Positions 59,749 to 64,000 of a DNA stretch of 64,000 bases are shown here, one piece after another. Location of the stretch: positions 2,135,849-2,199,848 of the forward strand of contig CBDBLX010000002.1 of the NCBI GenBank assembly GCA_965207445.1. The letters run 5' to 3'. The position numbers were made by a program, and so were the translations under genes. The notes beneath the pieces were generated by a model. The model did no database searches and was not told the DNA's origin. It worked only from the letters and a program-made list of their open reading frames with translations. This stretch comes from Nitrosopumilus sp. (lineage in GTDB: Archaea > Thermoproteota > Nitrososphaeria > Nitrososphaerales > Nitrosopumilaceae). Every line of letters begins with the position of its first letter. The stretch's first letter is position 1.

Positions 59749-60297
59749 ATGGATGTCTATGATACTGTTTATGCTCTACTGACTGCAAACGACAACACAA
59801 TGCGGGGCAGAACCGTGATTCAAAAGCTTGCATACCTCTCCTGCCAGAAGATCCCCACACTTGACGTGCCCCCATACAAGGCACACTATTTTGGACCGTT
59901 CAGCCCGGGACTCGGATGGGCTCTTGAGAAGATGATCTCTTGTTACTTTCTATACGAGGCAAGCCCTCCGGGCACCATACACGAGGGGTACAAGTATGAT
60001 CTTACCAGTGACGGACGCGAGATTGCAAAAATTGCAAAGGAGAGAAACAATGGTACGTTTGAAAAAGTGGCGGAGATTGTCAAGACATGTAGAGATTTCT
60101 GTGACCTGAAAACTGCCCCCTTATCCTATGCATCCAAAATTTACTACTTGCTCCATTCCAACGAGTCAGGCGATGATATGTCGTTTTTAGAGGCCAAAGA
60201 GTATGCAAAAGATCTCGGATGGAATGTGTCCAAAGACAACGTAGAGCAAGGAGCACAACTGTTGGAGAGGCTAGGCCTTGTCAAAGTACACGAATGA
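59749..60297 (+). CDS. YwgA/SocA(Panacea)-like winged-helix protein
   Basis: GRTVIQKLAYL, YFGPFS, YDLTSDG. Confidence 0.72.
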   Translation: MDVYDTVYALLTANDNTMRGRTVIQKLAYLSCQKIPTLDVPPYKAHYFGPFSPGLGWALEKMISCYFLYEASPPGTIHEGYKYDLTSDGREIAKIAKERNNGTFEKVAEIVKTCRDFCDLKTAPLSYASKIYYLLHSNESGDDMSFLEAKEYAKDLGWNVSKDNVEQGAQLLERLGLVKVHE

Positions 60298-61590
60298 ATA
60301 TTTTCGCTTCAAGTCTATACGCGATCCACTGTATGGGTTTATAGATCTGTCCGAAAAAGAGACGCAGATAATAGACACGCCTGTGTTTCGAAGGCTTTTG
60401 GGAATAAAGCAGCTTTCGCATGCATATCTGGTGTATCCCACCGCGATTCACACTTGATTTGAGCATTCGTTGGGAGTAACACATCTGGCAGATCGTGTAT
60501 CACGACATCTTTCATTTGATGATGAGGTGAGGGAGATTGTCAGGATGGCCGCGCTTTTGCATGACATAGGGCATGGCCCGTTCTCTCACTTGTTTGAGAC
60601 AGTTATGGAGCGCGTCAATGGAAAAAAGATTGACCATGAGAAGATCTCGATGATGTTGATAAGAGAGGATCCGGATATCTCATCTATACTTGGGGACATG
60701 GGTGAAAAGGTAATCAACATACTAGATCACAGTCCCGCACCCGGATTGGACAAGAAGATCAGTTCCCTGGCAACTGATATAGTATCAAGTCCCCCCTTGA
60801 TGTGGACAAGATGGATTACCTGAGGCGCGATTCTTATCATATTGGTGTAGCGTACGGACAGTTTGACTTGCCGCGTATAATACACACCTTGACGCACACT
60901 GACGATCAAAGAGAGCAGAGGATATGTGTTGATTTCAAGGGTAAGGAATCAATAGAGAGTTATAGACTGGGAAGATATCTTATGCACGCACAGGTTTACA
61001 AGCATCACACTAGACTGATCGGGGATCAGATGTTTCTCCAAGCACTCGATCTGGCAGTGGGTGAGGAGGACATCATTTCTCAAGAGGTATTGCTCACTGA
61101 CACGGATCTGTCCAAGTCACACAAGGAGTTTTTGGACTTTTACACAAGCCTAGACGATCGTGGATTGTATGACTACATATTTAGAGAAGAAGATAGCAAG
61201 GCGTCCAAGATTCTCCGGCGCATACAGCACCGAGATCTCCTCAAAAGAGCAGTTGAACGTCTGCTTGACAAGGAGATAGCCAACGCGCAGGTGCGGGATC
61301 GCATGTCAAGACTGGATGCGGAGGACCTGCGCCAGATGTCACACGATATAGCAACGGGGACAGGCCTTGACAAACATGACGTGATTGCTCACGCCTCTGC
61401 AGTGCCTGGGAATCTGTACGAAGGCGAGATCATGGTCATGTGGAAGGGAACACCCAGAAAACTGGATGAGTTCTCGCCCATCAACGTGCATAAATCTGCC
61501 ATAGACAAGTTCTATATTTTTGGACCACGTGAAGATGCAATCCAGCATAGGATTAGAGAGTACACAAAGCAAATACTTGACATCAAATAA
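60278..61590 (+). pseudogene. HD-domain phosphohydrolase (YwfO/SAMHD1-like) with a nonsense codon and a frameshift
   Basis: IRDPLYGFI, IKQL, HT*FEHSLG (TGA 60455-60457), [12 protein letters not shown], frameshift at C6 60791-60796, [13 protein letters not shown]. Confidence 0.9.
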
Positions 61591-61961
61591 ACACTCATGT
61601 AAGAAAACCAAATTTTTGACAAGAATAATGAAATAGTCGATCAGTATGTAGCATTTGACACAAATATGAAAATCACTAACAAAAACAAACTCATCAAAAC
61701 CATCCCAGAGACGTATTGCAAGCGCTGGATAATAGAGACAAGATATAGTGATAAAAAACACGACTTCAAAGATCTAGTAACGCCTTGCAGGTTAGATTAT
61801 TGTTGATATTTTTTGTGATGTTGTTATATGCTTATGGCAAGGTACGAAAATTACGGCGGACTTGCAGGTGGGAAATTATTCACAATGGATTATTTATGGA
61901 TTCAATTGCCGGATTAATCAGAAGACTGCTTCGGTGGGAATTAAAACATGGCGGTTACTTG

Positions 61962-63635
61962 GTGGTTGGTGCGTAATTCATCAAATCGCCACCTGCATCG
62001 TACTTGCAAAGCCATCTGCAAATATCGCCAGAGTTTTATGTATATATATTTAATAAGCTCATATATAAAAGTATATGCGCGCATACCAAAAGTTACTTAT
62101 AGGGGCATCCCAATTGAATAATTGTGATAATAACAAAGGGGATGCTAAACAACGTTGACTAGCCAATGTTATCAACGTATCGTTTGTGAAGTGTGGTGGA
62201 ACGACGACATATGGTGGGTTACCACAACATGCTATACTACACAGAATGTCGCCCATTACAATGCATGGTTTGTGATGAATGTGGCGCCTGCTTGTTGTTT
62301 GTGTAAATTTAGTGGGCGGGTCTCAAATAAGAACAGATTATGGAGGCAGACCGTATAGTGACAGAGCAGCACAAGCGACGCGAAGGTTATTGGCAGTATT
62401 ACGAACAGGCACGCAAATCTGAGCCGGATTTTATGCGCAAGACCTTGCTGTCGGCGATACGAAAAAACCCACATCCGTGCAAGGAAAAGAAAACAAATAG
62501 AGGATGCAAGCCGGTACATTCTCGTGACAAGATGGATTTTTTGTGTCTTTTAAAAGTTGCAAAAAATATTCCTTTTCGTGACGTGGTAAATGAGCTTGGA
62601 CATATGCATGATGAATGGGTTGACGAGCCGAAGCCTGATTATAGTTGGGTAACCAAACATATGCAAACAATTGATCTCGACTGGCTTGATTCTATTTTGG
62701 CATATACTGCCAATATGTGTCTAACTGAACTTAAAAAATCGGGGACAGATCCGGTACCGATAAAAGGTAAAGAGACCATACTTACGCACGGATCCGAGGA
62801 TTTTGAGAGCGGTAAACAAGACGTAAAACAAGAACCTACAGCTCCAATTGGGATAGACAGTAGTGGGGTAGAGACTGACAGGTACGAAAAACAAGAAAGA
62901 CCTAATCATGTACTACAAGACTTTGAGCCTACACGCATCAAGATGTACCTAAAATATCACATTACTGCGATAACAGGACACCAGATCATACTTGCATCAT
63001 ACACAACTCCAAGCAATGTGAGTGACACGTCAATGCTTCCATATATGGTCAGCTTTCTCACAAAAAACTATACACAGATTGAAGAACGCTTATTCAACGG
63101 AGACAAGGGATACGACTCGGATCAAAATTGCGAGACAATATTCAATGCAAACATGAAACCAAACATAAAGCAACGCAATCACACAGATGGCGCAGGTCAT
63201 ACAAACCGTGGCAAACCAAGCAGAAAAAAGGCAGCAGAGATCTTTGACCAAGATGCATACAAACAACGCGCACTTATCGAGGCAATATTTGGAGCAGAAG
63301 AGACAAAGAATCACAGGCTGCACTGTCGTATGCGTCTGGCCAAAAACAGAAAGCGATTTGGTAAAATACTATCAATTGCATGGAATATCAACGTCCTGAA
63401 CAGATTTATCTGCGCTCATGAAAAAGGGCAAAAAATTCCATCATACCAATGATAGTGACTGCTATCACACTTGCACGTTTCATATTCTATAATCCATGTC
63501 TGCCAAAACACACATGCATATTCAAAAACGAAACGCACTATAGATAGATTCCAGTCTTTTGTAGATTGAATGTGCAATAAACCAAGTTCACAGACGGGTC
63601 ACAGGCAGGCCAAATGTCAATTACGCACCAACCTC
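61962..63635 (+). mobile_element. Intact IS5/IS4-like insertion sequence, 1674 bp
   Basis: IR GGTTGGTGCGTAATT; 9-bp TSD GGTTACTTG at 61953-61961 and 63636-63644. Confidence 0.92.
62340..63452 (+). CDS. DDE transposase (IS5/IS4-like)
   Basis: PDYS, IDSSG, GDKGYDS, YKQRALIEAIF. Confidence 0.92.
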   Translation: MEADRIVTEQHKRREGYWQYYEQARKSEPDFMRKTLLSAIRKNPHPCKEKKTNRGCKPVHSRDKMDFLCLLKVAKNIPFRDVVNELGHMHDEWVDEPKPDYSWVTKHMQTIDLDWLDSILAYTANMCLTELKKSGTDPVPIKGKETILTHGSEDFESGKQDVKQEPTAPIGIDSSGVETDRYEKQERPNHVLQDFEPTRIKMYLKYHITAITGHQIILASYTTPSNVSDTSMLPYMVSFLTKNYTQIEERLFNGDKGYDSDQNCETIFNANMKPNIKQRNHTDGAGHTNRGKPSRKKAAEIFDQDAYKQRALIEAIFGAEETKNHRLHCRMRLAKNRKRFGKILSIAWNINVLNRFICAHEKGQKIPSYQ

Positions 63636-63883
63636 GGTTACTTGCCATGGTAAATCTACCGCACTATATAATTAAAAATAAGATCATTAAGGTTGAACAT
63701 ATTGCGAACTACTGACATGTTAAATTTACTTGTAAACTGAATTGCACGGTAATCATTACACACATACATAAGAAAGATATCATAATAAAGTATGATGAAA
63801 GTCTACATCAATTATCAAAAGTTATACATGAACAGTGACATTAAAAATAAATGCCATAGAATAGAAATGGATGGTAGTATATA

Positions 63884-64000
63884 ATGAACACCAAATCAAA
63901 CACAACAAAGGTATTTTCCAATCAGGTTATTGTGCAGATAGCACGTATCTCACTTTTAGTAATATGTGTGACAACAGGAATAACAATTGCATTAAATGAG
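63884..64000 (+). CDS. Possible start of a membrane or exported protein, truncated by the window edge
   Basis: 39 open codons with a hydrophobic stretch. Confidence 0.4.
   Translation, partial: MNTKSNTTKVFSNQVIVQIARISLLVICVTTGITIALNE

Larger units (their letters stand above)
61600..63714 (+). pseudogene. ISH3-family transposase C-terminal relic and right IR, interrupted by the IS5-like element
   Basis: Hand translation YVAFDTN..YCKRWIIETRY..K; end ATTGCGAACTACTG at 63701-63714 resembles the 13471 end. Confidence 0.7.

Overview
AT-rich archaeal DNA. A eukaryote-like topoisomerase IB, TFE-beta/RPC34-like protein, radA, rpl21e, rpoF, rps30e, nop5/fibrillarin and trm1 point to Nitrososphaerota (Nitrosopumilaceae-like). 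Long AT-rich spacers, many decayed IS elements, low-complexity insertions in core proteins and a Calx-beta-like surface protein suggest a host-associated lineage (inference). A housekeeping backbone with two tRNAs (Ser-GCT; intron-containing Met-CAT) is broken by four accessory blocks. (i) 10821-16625: an IS1595 with an 8-bp target site duplication (TSD), swollen by nested elements and a GC-rich, possibly phase-variable surface-protein gene. (ii) 36990-41287: one element with GTAAC ends and an 8-bp TSD, holding two transposase-less passenger cassettes and an MNT-HEPN gene. (iii) 44208-49443: IS relics and two of three copies of an unrecognised module, a membrane protein paired tail-to-tail with a small basic peptide. 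(iv) 59645-63714: a YwgA-like/HD-phosphohydrolase pair, an ISH3 relic and an intact IS5-like element. A ~145-bp MITE family has 7 full copies, and an 11.5-copy 20-bp palindromic tandem repeat lies upstream of rps30e. No CRISPR array or rRNA was seen. All family calls come from motif reading by eye; no searches were run.
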